Shown here: positions 9,132-19,652 of the stretch, piece by piece
Numbering within the stretch: position 1 is the first letter of the stretch
Layout: each line of letters opens with the position of its first letter
IMG/VR virus record: IMGVR_UViG_3300037258_000374
Coordinates: 1-64,000 of that record
Direction: 5' to 3' (one strand)
From: a virus
Length of the DNA stretch: 64,000 bases
Program-made: the position numbers and the translations under genes
The notes under the pieces: generated by a model
Told to the model about the DNA's origin: nothing
Seen by the model: only the letters and a program-made list of their open reading frames with translations
The model's database searches: none

Positions 9132-9434
9132 TCAGCGAACGGCATGCCCGAGGCCGAGCGGCGTGATCCTGTAGGTGCCCGGCTTGACCTTGCGGACGAG
9201 CTTCTCGCGGACGAGTCGACGCATCCCATTGCGCGACGCAAGGCTCGCGAGCCACGCGGTGCGCGAGTCGGGGCTCACCGTCTGAGCGTACTTCCATCCC
9301 TTCTTGTTCGGCGCCTTGACGCGGCGACGGAAGACATCCACCAGGCCCTTGAGGGTGAACGTTGGCTTTTCGCTCGCGTGCTTGATGATGATGCGCTCGT
9401 TGTCGTTGAGGACGATCTTCGCCTGGGTCTTCAT
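9132..9434 (-). CDS. Basic winged-helix-like protein
   Basis: AGGAG SD; C-terminal LV..GTYRITPLG wing pattern. Confidence 0.55.
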   Translation of the reverse strand: MKTQAKIVLNDNERIIIKHASEKPTFTLKGLVDVFRRRVKAPNKKGWKYAQTVSPDSRTAWLASLASRNGMRRLVREKLVRKVKPGTYRITPLGLGHAVR

Positions 9435-9501
9435 GATCAGCTCCTGGCCATGTTCTGGCCTGCTGATCTTGTACCGTTCCGCCGAGCTCGGCGCAAGCGG
9501 G

Positions 9502-11259
9502 CTAGTTCTCCTCGTGATCATCGGCGGTCTCGATGGTGCGCGGGTCGTCGATGATCGTGCGGATGCGCTCGCTGGCGATCTGGTGGTGCTTGGGCAGCAG
9601 CTCCCAGCCGATGAATCGACAGCCCTCGACCAACGCCGCGAGCGCTGTGGTCCCGCTGCCGGCGAATGGATCCAGCACTCGACCGCCCGGTGGCGTCACG
9701 AGTCGGATCAGCCAGCGCATGAGAGCGATCGGCTTCTTGGTCGGATGGATGTTGCGGCGACCGCTCGTGCGGCCCGCGCCGGCGCGCGGATTGTTCAGTC
9801 CGGCCGAGCCTTCCGCGCGTCCGCCCGTGAGCTCGCCTGGCGTCGCGACCGGCAGCGCATCGAGTCCGGCCTCGGTCTCCGCGACCGATGGCTTCGGGCA
9901 GTAGAAGTACAGCGCTGGATTCTCGATGTCGTTGATCTCGACGCCGGGCCCGACGGCCAGGTGAGCGGGCCAACGCCCAACCGCTGTGGTTCCGTCTCCT
10001 TTGCCGCGCATGCCGAGCTGATAGACCTCGTCGCCATCCGGGGAACCACCACTCGGACCGTTGAATCGCTCCTCGTCGCCGATGCGGCATGCGCCGAGAT
10101 TGATTCCGCCGGTCCCATATTTCAGTGCGTTCTCGGTGACGGTGCCCTCGCATGGCTTGCGGACGAGCCACCAGTCCTCGAGCGCTGGCTTTAGGGCTGT
10201 GCCCCATCCTTCCAAGGCGGCGGCGGTAGTAATCGGTTCGTTGCTTCTGAGTTCGCCGCTGTGGCCCAGCCCGTATGTGGTCTCGTCATCGCGTCGATCT
10301 TTTGCCTCCGATATCACTGGGCGCTCTTCGCCGAGCTTCTTGTCCACGGCCTTGGCGATATCCAGCGACTTCGGAAAGCCGCTCAAAAACAGATGGCCGA
10401 CGCGATCGCGAATCTCGAAGCCAGCGTCCTCGAGCGCCGTGGCGGTCCAGTGAGATGTGCGCGGCAGCGCCCACACGAGCGCGTGCGCCCCTGGCTTCAT
10501 CACGCGGAATGCTTCGGTCATGATCTCGCGCAGCCATGCGATCCACTTGTCGCGCCCTCCCTTGTCGCTGTCCCACTCGCGACCCATGAAGCTAATCCCG
10601 GCCGGCGGATCCGTGACCATCGCGTCGATGCTGCTCGCGTCGAGCTCGCGCATCCCGAGAAGGCAATCGCCCAGGTGGAGCGTCCAGTCGTCGTGCGTCA
10701 TCTGCTCGGGCGGCCGCACCTTGTGACCGCCGATCGTGCGCGTGTGGCCTCCGACATCGATCTCGCGGCCGTCTCCGCCTTCGTCGTCATCGTCCAGTCC
10801 GAGCTGGAGCAGCTCTTCGAGTTCGTCGTGCTCGATGCCGATGCCTTCGAAGCTGGCGCCAGCATCCTGGAGTTCCCGCAGGAAATCGCCGACGTTGTCG
10901 GCCCATCCGGCGCGCATTGTGTTCGCGTTGTCGGCGACAAGGTAGGCGTCTCGCTCGACCTCGTTCTCGAATTCGATGCCGCGCAGCACGGGAACCAGCC
11001 ACTCTCCACGCTCGTTGATGCCGATGCCCATCGGGACGGCGACTCTGGCCGCGCGCATCGACTCTAACGCTTCGCAGCGGCCATGTCCGGCGACGAGGAT
11101 CTGCGTGCCCTCGTCGATCGTCGGCGGCGCGACGAATCCCCAGCGCTTGATCGAAGCAACGAGATCAGGGATCGAATGCTCCTTCGGATTCTTCTTGTGT
11201 CGCATCTCGAGCAGGCTCGGCAGCGGCATCATCTCGGTCGTGATCGCAACTCGCTTCAT
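9502..11259 (-). CDS. ParB-like domain fused to N6A/N4C DNA methyltransferase
   Basis: LVAGHGR ParB motif; TDPPAG, HPTKKP, DPFAGSGTT. Confidence 0.85.
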   Translation of the reverse strand: MKRVAITTEMMPLPSLLEMRHKKNPKEHSIPDLVASIKRWGFVAPPTIDEGTQILVAGHGRCEALESMRAARVAVPMGIGINERGEWLVPVLRGIEFENEVERDAYLVADNANTMRAGWADNVGDFLRELQDAGASFEGIGIEHDELEELLQLGLDDDDEGGDGREIDVGGHTRTIGGHKVRPPEQMTHDDWTLHLGDCLLGMRELDASSIDAMVTDPPAGISFMGREWDSDKGGRDKWIAWLREIMTEAFRVMKPGAHALVWALPRTSHWTATALEDAGFEIRDRVGHLFLSGFPKSLDIAKAVDKKLGEERPVISEAKDRRDDETTYGLGHSGELRSNEPITTAAALEGWGTALKPALEDWWLVRKPCEGTVTENALKYGTGGINLGACRIGDEERFNGPSGGSPDGDEVYQLGMRGKGDGTTAVGRWPAHLAVGPGVEINDIENPALYFYCPKPSVAETEAGLDALPVATPGELTGGRAEGSAGLNNPRAGAGRTSGRRNIHPTKKPIALMRWLIRLVTPPGGRVLDPFAGSGTTALAALVEGCRFIGWELLPKHHQIASERIRTIIDDPRTIETADDHEEN

Positions 11260-11271
11260 CGGTAGAATCTA

Positions 11272-11584
11272 CGCTGGTTTTTAGCTCGGGCGGCAGCTGG
11301 TTCGCCTGCGTCATCGCGCCGCCATCGAAGTCCCATCCGGTGCCGCCGATCCAGACGCCTGGATAGAGCTGCTGCGCGCGCCGGCCGAGCGGCTTGCTCG
11401 ACTCGAAGATCATCGAGCCGTAGACGCGGCCCCACCCGGGATCGCCGAGCTCGGGCTCTAGCGATTTCATATTTCCGGCGTTGCGGAGCACGACGCGATC
11501 GCCGGCAGCTCGATGCCACGCCGCGAGCTTCATCAGCGCGAGGTTCGGCATCTTGCCGTCGAAGCGGAGGAGCAGAACGTTCAC
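11272..11584 (-). pseudogene. Truncated N-terminus of a phage radical-SAM-like protein
   Basis: DGKMPNLALMKLAAWH..GGTG..LP; the expected CxxxCxxC domain is absent. Confidence 0.55.
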
Positions 11585-11877
11585 GGGAGAGCCCGAGCAG
11601 CCTTCGCGCTGAGATAGATGCCGTGGGCGACGCACCACTCTTCGTGCTCGGACTCGGTCTCCGCCTTCACGATCGGCCAGAGACAGAGGCAGCTTCCGGC
11701 CATGCCCTGGATGAGCGCTCGCGCGCGGAACGCCTCATCGCGCTGCGCGCGTGTGCCGCTCTGCGTGTGCAGCGACGCTCGCTCCTTCAGCACCTCGCGC
11801 ATCGGCCTTTGCTCGAGTTCGGCGGACTCCGTGTACGCGACATCTTCGACGTTCCGTTTTACGCGCTCGTCGCTCAC
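11581..11877 (-). CDS. Hypothetical protein
   Basis: GTGA coupling at both ends. Confidence 0.5.
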   Translation of the reverse strand: MSDERVKRNVEDVAYTESAELEQRPMREVLKERASLHTQSGTRAQRDEAFRARALIQGMAGSCLCLWPIVKAETESEHEEWCVAHGIYLSAKAARALP

Positions 11878-13462
11878 TGCGCGCCGCCGGCATCGAACAG
11901 CGCGTTGTCGGCGAGCAGTCCGGCGCGTCCTTCGTCGATGACGTAGTCGAGGTTCACCAGCTTGCGCATCGCCGCCGATGTCGGTCCGCTGTCGGAATAC
12001 CCGGCGCGCGCGCGGATCTCTTCGCGCGTCAGCGACTGCGGCCACGCATCGCAGATCACCGTGAGCATATTCTTCTCTGCGGTGTTCAGCCTGGATCCCG
12101 ACAGCAGCATTGCGCGGAGGGCGTCTCCCTTGGGAAGCGGCGTGAACGGCCCGAGCGCCTGGAGGCCGGCGTTCGTCACAATGAGTAACTCTCGCTCCTT
12201 GATGGCCCAGCCGTTGGTGACGAGCGCGCGGATCGCGGCCGAAGTGGGGCCGCTGTCGGCGTAGCCGGTCGCGATGCGGAGCTTCTTGAGCGTCAGGCCC
12301 TCCGGGCGCTCGGCAAGCGCGGTCAACATCGACCGCTGGATGCGAGGTATCGCCCCGTCCGTCCGCGGCTTGGATTCGCGCCACGTCACGGTTCCATCGC
12401 CGTTATCGACGAGCGCGACCTTGCGCATGCGCATCGGCGCCCCCGTCGGCGGCGGCATCTTGATCAGCGTCGACTGCGATGGCATCGGCGGTAGCTGCGT
12501 GAGCGCGGTCGGCCGCGTCATCTTGACGAGGATCGCCATGATGGTGCGGTCGGTCTCGGCGCGGATGCCTTCGACGCGCTTGAGAACCGCCTCGGCGTCG
12601 GCGCCGAGCTGGCTGGAGACATCCTGCAGCCGCTCGATCATCTTGTCGGCGCGCTTCGGATCGAGCTGGACGATCTTCGCAGGCTTTGGTTGCTTCGTGG
12701 TCAGCGCGGCCGACGCACGTGCGGCTAGCTGCTTCTCGAGGTCGATGACGCGCGCCCGGAGCGCCCTCGGATCGTTTGCCTTCATCTGTTCGACCGTGGC
12801 GGCGATCGTTTTGCCAAGCCGAGCGATATCGACCTGGGCCAGAACCTTGGGCGCGAACGCACGCTCGCCGGCCTTCGGTCGACCTGGCCGAGGACGTTCT
12901 TCGATAGCACCTGCGGGCACTGCGTGATCAGCGTGCAGCCGATGCCGCGCTGGCGACCACGGCGCACGATGTCTTCGGCGGCTCCGAGCGTGCGGGCTTC
13001 CTCTCCGAACGGCCGCTGCGGCGCGACTGTGTCGGCCTCGTCGATGAACAAGTGCAGCACGTCGCGGTTACGGCGGTACAGCGTCTCGAGGAACGCCGCC
13101 ATGAACCGCAGCGCCTCGCCCTTACGGAACGCCGACAGGTCAACGATCGCCGAGAAGTGCTCTGTCGCGATCGCATCGGCGATCACCTCTCCAGCGGTTG
13201 GCTCGAGCGGCACGTCGCCATGCTCGCCACCGAGGACCGCGATCGGATAGCCCGCCGATTTACCATCCGCTGATGAACGAAGCCCATGCCAAGCGCCTAC
13301 CGGGTCGACGACCACAATCTGCTGTCCAGCGTCGAGCAGTTCCTCGGCCTCGACACTAGCGGTGTAGCTCTTGCCACTGCCCTTTTTGGCGAGGATCGCC
13401 TGCGTCCATGTGACGAAGCCTATCGGCAGCGAGAACGTCGGAGAGATTTTCAGCTTCTTCAT
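11874..13462 (-). pseudogene. HerA/FtsK-like (DUF87) ATPase with C-terminal winged helices, broken near 12878
   Basis: Walker A AKKGSGKS, Walker B FIDEAD, RGRQRGIG..ITQ; the C-terminal half is in a different frame. Confidence 0.7.
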
Positions 13463-13788
13463 GATGGTTGCTTGTGCTCCACGATCAGCGTTGAAAGCTT
13501 GGTGCGCGAGAAGTCGTATTGGATGCGGATCGGCGGCTCCCCGCGCAGCGCGGCCGATTGGTCGAGCGAGCATGTCACGGTGAGCGCCATCATCTCGGCA
13601 TGCTTGGTGACGCCGAGCTTGCTCCACATCCCGAGACCGACCTGGACAAGGACCGCCGAGCGAATCATCAGCGCGAGCCGGCGCAGTGCGCTGTCATCGG
13701 CCTCGATGCCTTCGAGCTTGGATACTGCTGCGCGATGCGCGATGTCGATCAGTCGAGTCGCCTCGACGTTGGTCTGGAACTCACGCAT
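13459..13788 (-). CDS. Hypothetical protein
   Basis: ORF, coupled. Confidence 0.5.
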   Translation of the reverse strand: MREFQTNVEATRLIDIAHRAAVSKLEGIEADDSALRRLALMIRSAVLVQVGLGMWSKLGVTKHAEMMALTVTCSLDQSAALRGEPPIRIQYDFSRTKLSTLIVEHKQPS

Positions 13789-14032
13789 CGGCAGCCTTTC
13801 TGCTCATCGCTGCGTGAAGATCCGCGATCAAGCCGGCCGCGCCCTCGCCGCACTGGCATTCGTTGACGTGCTGGCCGATGAACGAGAGCTGCATCAGCCG
13901 AGCGTGCGCCGGCCACTTGTCCATGATGGCGGCGATGCCGGAGAAAAACTGCGCCTGCTCGTCGTCGGTCATCGCGCAGAACGACATCGCGAGTTCGGCT
14001 GGAGATAGCTGGACATCGACCGTGACCTTCAT
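13781..14032 (-). CDS. Hypothetical protein
   Basis: ATGA coupling. Confidence 0.5.
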   Translation of the reverse strand: MKVTVDVQLSPAELAMSFCAMTDDEQAQFFSGIAAIMDKWPAHARLMQLSFIGQHVNECQCGEGAAGLIADLHAAMSRKAADA

Positions 14033-15132
14033 GCCGCCGCCTTCGGGAACGCCGCGTGCTGGACGCCGTCGAGATACGGCAGCTCGATGACACCGCCGCT
14101 CTTGCGTTTGGAGCCGTCGCCGGCCCCGAGTGGAACGCCGACTCCATCTTCGGGTCCCTCGACGGTGCAACCGCACGAGTACACCGCCGTGTCATGGGAC
14201 ACGACGTACGCTTTCACCGGCCGTCCGCACGGCCTGTCGCCGTTCGGGTTGTCGGAGTCGCCGCATCTGCCGAGGTCGGTCTCTTGCGCCTGTTTTAGGA
14301 AGTACGGCACGCCAGCCGCCGCGCACTGATCGCGGATCGATCGCAGCCATTCGACGTTGCACGGCCGCGCTCCAGGTCCGCTCTCGCAGCCGGCGATTAC
14401 CCAGTCGACGCCGCAGCAGTGGTCGCTCGTAAGCCAATCTAGGCCGTCCTCGTGGAGCGTCACCGGACCGAGCAGCGGCTCACAACTCAGGAACCGCACC
14501 GCGGCCGGTGTCAGCAGTAGCTCCGGGATGCGCTCGTCGGCCGCTTCCTGATTCTCGACGCTGACGCCTAACCACAGATTCTCCAGCGGCCAACTCGAGC
14601 AGGTGTCTTCGGTCCCCTCGCAGTGCTTGAGCCACGCATCGCCAGTCATGCCGGCCTTCGACGCGAGGTGATTCAGATAGGTCGCATCGTAGAGCGCCGG
14701 AGATGTACGCGTCACGATGCCGTCGCTGGCAGCCCACTCGAACCACTCGCGCATCCGCTTCGCGCGCTTGGTCAACATCTGGTACGTGTGCTGCGGCGTC
14801 GCGGCCATCACGCCGAAGACCGCGGCGATCTGCTCGTTGGAATAGCCCTCGTGGAACATGTCGGTCATCGAGTTGACGAACACCGTGCTCGGCTGTCGCC
14901 ATCGCATAGGCTCGCCGAGCTTGTGCGGAGCGAGCCGGACCGTGCCGTTCCACTTGCCCGTGCGCAAGTTGATGAGGCCCTGCGACCAGCCGCTCTCCGC
15001 GAACCGCGCGGCAAGGCGTTCGGCATAACACGCCTGGCACCCCGCGCTCACGCGCGAGCAGCCCTGGCCCGGGTTCCACGAGCGACCGACGGTGCCGGGG
15101 CGATGCGTCCAGCTGATCGAGGTCTCACCCAT
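14029..15132 (-). CDS. Phage Gp37/Gp68 (DUF5131) family protein
   Basis: ISWT..WNP..GCSRVSAGCQACYA, FVNSMTDMFH, LSCEPLLG, GCESG. Confidence 0.9.
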   Translation of the reverse strand: MGETSISWTHRPGTVGRSWNPGQGCSRVSAGCQACYAERLAARFAESGWSQGLINLRTGKWNGTVRLAPHKLGEPMRWRQPSTVFVNSMTDMFHEGYSNEQIAAVFGVMAATPQHTYQMLTKRAKRMREWFEWAASDGIVTRTSPALYDATYLNHLASKAGMTGDAWLKHCEGTEDTCSSWPLENLWLGVSVENQEAADERIPELLLTPAAVRFLSCEPLLGPVTLHEDGLDWLTSDHCCGVDWVIAGCESGPGARPCNVEWLRSIRDQCAAAGVPYFLKQAQETDLGRCGDSDNPNGDRPCGRPVKAYVVSHDTAVYSCGCTVEGPEDGVGVPLGAGDGSKRKSGGVIELPYLDGVQHAAFPKAAA

Positions 15133-15799
15133 CGGAGCCGTCTCCTGGAATCGGCATCACGATCGGCGTCGGCAGCTCCTGGCGCCTGGGGACTGGCTGC
15201 GGGATCGGCCCCATGATCAGACGCTCCGGCAACAGCTTGAGCCGCTCGTCGAATGAGCGCTGGCCAACCTCGTCGATCACGCGTCTTAGATCGTCGATGT
15301 CGCTGTTCTCGTTGCACAGCGCGACTGCGGCTGCAGCAACCGGATGGTCGGCGCCGAGCTGGGCGAGCAGCTCGCGGATCCACTCCGCCTGCGCCTTGAG
15401 CACGCGCCCCATCTTCGCCATGTCGGGCACGAGATGAGCCGGCAGCCCAGGCGGCGGCGGAATCGGAACACCGCTAGCGGTGCCGATGCCCATCGAGCTG
15501 CCGGCGTCTTCCGACACGCGCCGCGGACCCGACCTCGGCCCACGGTCGCGCACGGCATCCTCGAGATTCTCGATCTTCGTGATCGCGTGCTCGATGTTCC
15601 AACGCGTGCGCTTGACCTCTTCGGCGAGCTTGCTGTCCTTTAGCCATTCGCGACGTCGCCATCGCAACTCCGACGCCATCGCTGCGATCTCATCGGAGTC
15701 GGAGTCGGCATCGTGCGCCACGGCCGATGCTTCGATCTGCACGAGTCGATCGTCGCTGAGGTGACCAGATTCTGCCTTGGATTTGCTCATGGTCATCAC
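15125..15799 (-). CDS. Hypothetical protein
   Basis: 224 aa ORF. Confidence 0.55.
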   Translation of the reverse strand: MMTMSKSKAESGHLSDDRLVQIEASAVAHDADSDSDEIAAMASELRWRRREWLKDSKLAEEVKRTRWNIEHAITKIENLEDAVRDRGPRSGPRRVSEDAGSSMGIGTASGVPIPPPPGLPAHLVPDMAKMGRVLKAQAEWIRELLAQLGADHPVAAAAVALCNENSDIDDLRRVIDEVGQRSFDERLKLLPERLIMGPIPQPVPRRQELPTPIVMPIPGDGSDG

Positions 15800-15800
15800 C

Positions 15801-17099
15801 TCATGCCTGCGAGCAGGCGTAGCACTGCGCGCCCTGCGGATCGGCCCTCGGTACCTCGATCACGACTCCGCACTTGGCGCAGTTGCGATCTTCGTAGCCA
15901 TCCTTCGGCTTCGAGTCGGACATCCAGCCTGGCTCCTTCTCGGGATCGGAGCCTTCAACGAAAGCCTTCGGCGCCGTGGCGCCATCGGCCGGCGTCGTTT
16001 TGGGCTCCGCGGCAGGCTTGTCCTTGAGCGCAGCCTTCGCTGCGGCGGTTCCCTTGCCGCCGCTCTTCTGGCTCTGCGCTCCAGGATGCTCGGTCTTCGG
16101 GTGATCGGTCTTCTCTGGAGCCGCAGCGCCGTTTCCGTTTGAGGCCGGCGCCGATGGCGCTGCGGGCTGCGCCTTGGGCGCTGGGGCCTTGACGCGGTCG
16201 CCCTTCGCGCGCGCCTTCTGTGCCTCTTCCACCGCCGACTCCCAGCTGATGTGCCCGTCGCGGATCGCGATCCACAGATTGCGGAGCTCGGTGGTCTCGT
16301 GCGGCGTGATGCGCTCGATCGCGTGACCGAGCCACTGCTCGAGGTCGCTCGGCAAGATGTCGAGCTTGGAGAACCCGTCGAAGACCTCGTTACGAGCAGC
16401 ATCCGGATCGCGCGCGTCGGCTTTCGCCATCGTGGCTTCGCAGATTTTCTCGCACTCGGACTGGATGTTGCCGGGGACGAGCCGAAGGATCGCGGTGCGC
16501 GCAGCCTTCGAGATCATCGCAGCCTCCTTGGTGGCCACGTCGTCGTCGTTCGCATCGACGATGTAGATCATATCGCCGTAGCTGTTGACGCGCGTGCGCA
16601 GCGCCCGCTGGCCGCGCTGGAGTTGCTTGCGTTCGATGGTCTTCTTGACCGTGATGTCGCGGTGCCAGCTCGCGTTCGTCTCGTAGTCGGTCGCGGTCAC
16701 GCGCACGAGCCGCTCCTCGTCGCTGTCGAACAGCGTCTGCGCCTCGCACGACATGTTGCCCATGCAGCGCATCGCGACCTCGGCGAAGCGGATGGAGAGG
16801 CCGGTGATTTTCGAACCGCCACGCGGAATCGTATACATCGCCTCCTTCGCAAAGGACGGCCGCTCGCACTCCTTGGTGATGAGCTGGCGGACGTCCTTCG
16901 GATTGCGCGGCCGCCGCATTGCCATTACCCACCGCGCTTGGATATCGGCCGTGGCCTTCGCGATGAGCGCCTGCGTCGCAGCGTTTTCGCCAGCGACCTC
17001 GATGCCGCCGAATCCGCGGCGAACCAGCGTGTTCGTCTGCGGCGCGTCGTAGTCGTCTTCGTCGTGTCCGTTGCCGTCGTTTCCGTTGTCGGTAGCCAT
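15801..17099 (-). CDS. Putative single-strand annealing protein (recombinase)
   Basis: Directly downstream of YqaJ; YTIPRGG..GLSIRFAE motif; flexible C-terminus. Confidence 0.6.
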   Translation of the reverse strand: MATDNGNDGNGHDEDDYDAPQTNTLVRRGFGGIEVAGENAATQALIAKATADIQARWVMAMRRPRNPKDVRQLITKECERPSFAKEAMYTIPRGGSKITGLSIRFAEVAMRCMGNMSCEAQTLFDSDEERLVRVTATDYETNASWHRDITVKKTIERKQLQRGQRALRTRVNSYGDMIYIVDANDDDVATKEAAMISKAARTAILRLVPGNIQSECEKICEATMAKADARDPDAARNEVFDGFSKLDILPSDLEQWLGHAIERITPHETTELRNLWIAIRDGHISWESAVEEAQKARAKGDRVKAPAPKAQPAAPSAPASNGNGAAAPEKTDHPKTEHPGAQSQKSGGKGTAAAKAALKDKPAAEPKTTPADGATAPKAFVEGSDPEKEPGWMSDSKPKDGYEDRNCAKCGVVIEVPRADPQGAQCYACSQA

Positions 17100-17113
17100 G
17101 ATCGTCTCCTTGG

Positions 17114-18283
17114 TTATGCAGCCGTGTTGGTCTTGCCCCAGTAGCGCGGGCAGTTGAATGGCCTGTTACCAGGCACCTCTGACGTGTGCTCTTCTTCGAC
17201 CGCGGTCCCGGCGATCGCCTGCAGCGATTCGACGATCGCGCCGAGCGCAGTTGCGATGACCGGTCGCTCGATGCGATCGATCTCGGCATCCCAAACGGGA
17301 GCAGTCAGACGATCGATCGCGTGCTGCAGCGTGCCCTCGTGCGCGCCGAGCGTGAGCGCCGCGCGGTCCTTGCGGTCCTTGGCGATCGCGGCGTGATCGA
17401 CGACGATGCTCGGCTTGTTGAACTGCCACTTGATTGTGGACATCTGCGCTTTGTTGGAGCGCGAGATCGGCCGGCCCTGGTCCTTGTAGGTGATGCCGGC
17501 GTGCCCGTCGATGATCCGCTTGACGTGCTGGGACAGCTCCTTGACGCGCGTCTCGTCGCGATCGAGCGCAGCCTTCGCATCGCGCAAATCGGCGATGATC
17601 GACAGTGTGTACTCGTCATCGACGAGCAGGATTTTGTCGTCTGGCTTTGCGAATCGCTGCTCGAGATAGCGCGTCCAGGAGTCGCTGCCGTCGGGCTCGG
17701 GCGGCGTCTTGCTCTGCACATGGTCGCGCCAGAACTTCTCCGCTCGCTCGGCGAGCATGCCGAGCAGCTCGTCGTCTCGCTGGATGACGAACTCGGATGG
17801 TGAGCCGCCGAGAAAGGCGACGAGGTCCCAGCGGTCGAGCCCTGTGACCCCCATGCCCCAGACGCACTGGAAGAGCTCGTGGAGCGGAACTTGGTCGGTG
17901 CCGGGGTCTCCGTAGCTTAGGACCCGCAGCGCCTCGGGGCCGTGGACCTTGATCTCGAGGCCGCGGTCGGGCTCGATCGAACCGCGCGGATAAACGAGTC
18001 CGTCCGGTGTCGCGAGCCACCAATCGTGGTGGCGATGCTTCAGCGTGCCGGTCAGGTCGACGCGCACCTGATGGATCTCCTCGTAGTCGTCGCGGATGAT
18101 TGGCTCGAGAAGCATCCCCCATTTCGTTTTCAGGTTGCCTTCGAACGGCGGAGCCGCGCCGGTCTTGTCGAGCCACACATCGATCTCGCGCTTCCACGGG
18201 TTGACGCCGCAGATCGCCGAGATGTCGGTCGCCGTGATGCCGCCGAGCCGCTGCTCCAGCTGTTCAGGGCTCAGGCCGCTCAC
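17114..18283 (-). CDS. YqaJ-like viral recombinase exonuclease
   Basis: GITATD..GVNPWK, WG..LEP, ATPDG, LEIK. Confidence 0.85.
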   Translation of the reverse strand: MSGLSPEQLEQRLGGITATDISAICGVNPWKREIDVWLDKTGAAPPFEGNLKTKWGMLLEPIIRDDYEEIHQVRVDLTGTLKHRHHDWWLATPDGLVYPRGSIEPDRGLEIKVHGPEALRVLSYGDPGTDQVPLHELFQCVWGMGVTGLDRWDLVAFLGGSPSEFVIQRDDELLGMLAERAEKFWRDHVQSKTPPEPDGSDSWTRYLEQRFAKPDDKILLVDDEYTLSIIADLRDAKAALDRDETRVKELSQHVKRIIDGHAGITYKDQGRPISRSNKAQMSTIKWQFNKPSIVVDHAAIAKDRKDRAALTLGAHEGTLQHAIDRLTAPVWDAEIDRIERPVIATALGAIVESLQAIAGTAVEEEHTSEVPGNRPFNCPRYWGKTNTAA

Positions 18284-18513
18284 TTGGGCACCTGGACTGG
18301 ACGCAGCGACGCCGCGCGCGGGTGGTACAGGCGTCCGTTGACGCGCACGATGTACCATTCGTGATCGCGCGGCACCTGATAGCCGAACTTGTTCGGCGGG
18401 CGTGCGTTGGGAGGCACGATCACGACGACCTCGCCGATCTTGTCCTTCCGCCGTCCGCTGGCCTGTGACTTCCAACGGACGCGATCGCCGACCCTCCACG
18501 TGCGCGGCTTCAC
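18280..18513 (-). CDS. Small SH3-like protein
   Basis: VGDRVRW; GTGA coupling. Confidence 0.55.
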   Translation of the reverse strand: MKPRTWRVGDRVRWKSQASGRRKDKIGEVVVIVPPNARPPNKFGYQVPRDHEWYIVRVNGRLYHPRAASLRPVQVPK

Positions 18514-18665
18514 TGGCGCACCTCGCTCGCTGCGGCGATCTGATGCCGGAGCGCGGACTCGGTGAACTCGGAGAGCGAGACCTCTTGCTCTGCTGCGGTG
18601 GCCTTCGCGAGTTCGAACAGCTCGCGGTTGAGCGATACCGACCGTCGTGTCTGCTTCTTTGCCAT
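18510..18665 (-). CDS. Ribbon-helix-helix regulator, 51 aa (MAKKQTRRSVSLNRELFELAKATAAEQEVSLSEFTESALR...), not in the ORF track
   Basis: Manual translation; TAGGGT-N6-ATG leaderless start; coupled to the next gene. Confidence 0.7.
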   Translation of the reverse strand: MAKKQTRRSVSLNRELFELAKATAAEQEVSLSEFTESALRHQIAAASEVRQ

Positions 18666-18760
18666 ACGCGCACCCTATCAGGAGGGCCTGACATCGGACC
18701 GCCATCGCCATGGCTAGGCGCCATGTTCCAACGTCAGACCGTTGTGGTAACTCCGTGGGC

Positions 18761-19060
18761 ATGCCGAAGACGCCGATCCCGCTGAGGTCAAATGACCGGA
18801 TATCCCCGAAGACCACGCTCGTCAATCTCGCGAACAATTCGCTGCTCGACGCGCTGACAGGGCCGCAGCTCGTCGTCTATCTCAGGCTGCTGCGCGCGGT
18901 CGCGGAGCAGAGGTCGCGCAGCGTGCAGATCATCAACAGCTTGCTGTACCGCGACGCGCGCACGGCCGCTCGCGCATTACGCGAGCTCGAAGACATGGGG
19001 CTCATCAAGGTCGAGCAGGGCGCGCGTCCGCTCGATCGGAAGATCGAGGTATCGCGATGA
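18761..19060 (+). CDS. Winged HTH protein, first gene of the rightward arm
   Basis: RTAARALRELEDMGLI pattern. Confidence 0.65.
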   Translation: MPKTPIPLRSNDRISPKTTLVNLANNSLLDALTGPQLVVYLRLLRAVAEQRSRSVQIINSLLYRDARTAARALRELEDMGLIKVEQGARPLDRKIEVSR

Positions 19061-19253
19061 GCCTCGGAGTCTGCGAGGTCTGCCGCGGAATCGGTGCAAC
19101 CGAGATCCGATGCGGCGCCATCACAACCTGCGAGCGGTGCGGCGGTCGAGGTCTCGTGCCGCCGAGTCCTCCGCTGCCGCCGCTCGGCATCGTCTGGACC
19201 GATGCGCAGTGGGCGGCGGAGAAGCCGTGGCGGCCGGCGGACCGGAGCGCGTC

Positions 19254-19652
19254 GTGAGTGTGACCCGGGCCGACCTCCAGCGCTGGAAGGTGCTCGCGGT
19301 CTCGGCGACGCCGGGGCCGTGGCGTTACGACGGCGTCGACATCGATCAGCTCACCGATGCCGGCAAGGGCTACCCGCTCGACGCCTACCCGGACTCGCAC
19401 ACCGTCGTCGTCGGCAAGTGCGAGTGCGGCAATCTGAATGTCGCGATCATGCGGCGAGACGACGCCGCTTTTATCGCTGAGTCCCGCGTCGCCGTCCCCG
19501 CGCTGATCGCGGAGGTGGAGAGGTTGCGGGCGGCGCTGCGCGAGGCGTGCGACCTAGCCGACGAAGCGAACGGCGATCCGTCCCAGTGCTCGCACAACGT
19601 ACCGATCGGCGAGCGCATCGACGAGCTTCGGAAAGTCGCAGGCCAGCCGTGA
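19254..19652 (+). CDS. Ead/Ea22-like protein
   Basis: ATPGPW..DAAFIA..VPALIAEVERLR. Confidence 0.65.
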   Translation: MSVTRADLQRWKVLAVSATPGPWRYDGVDIDQLTDAGKGYPLDAYPDSHTVVVGKCECGNLNVAIMRRDDAAFIAESRVAVPALIAEVERLRAALREACDLADEANGDPSQCSHNVPIGERIDELRKVAGQP

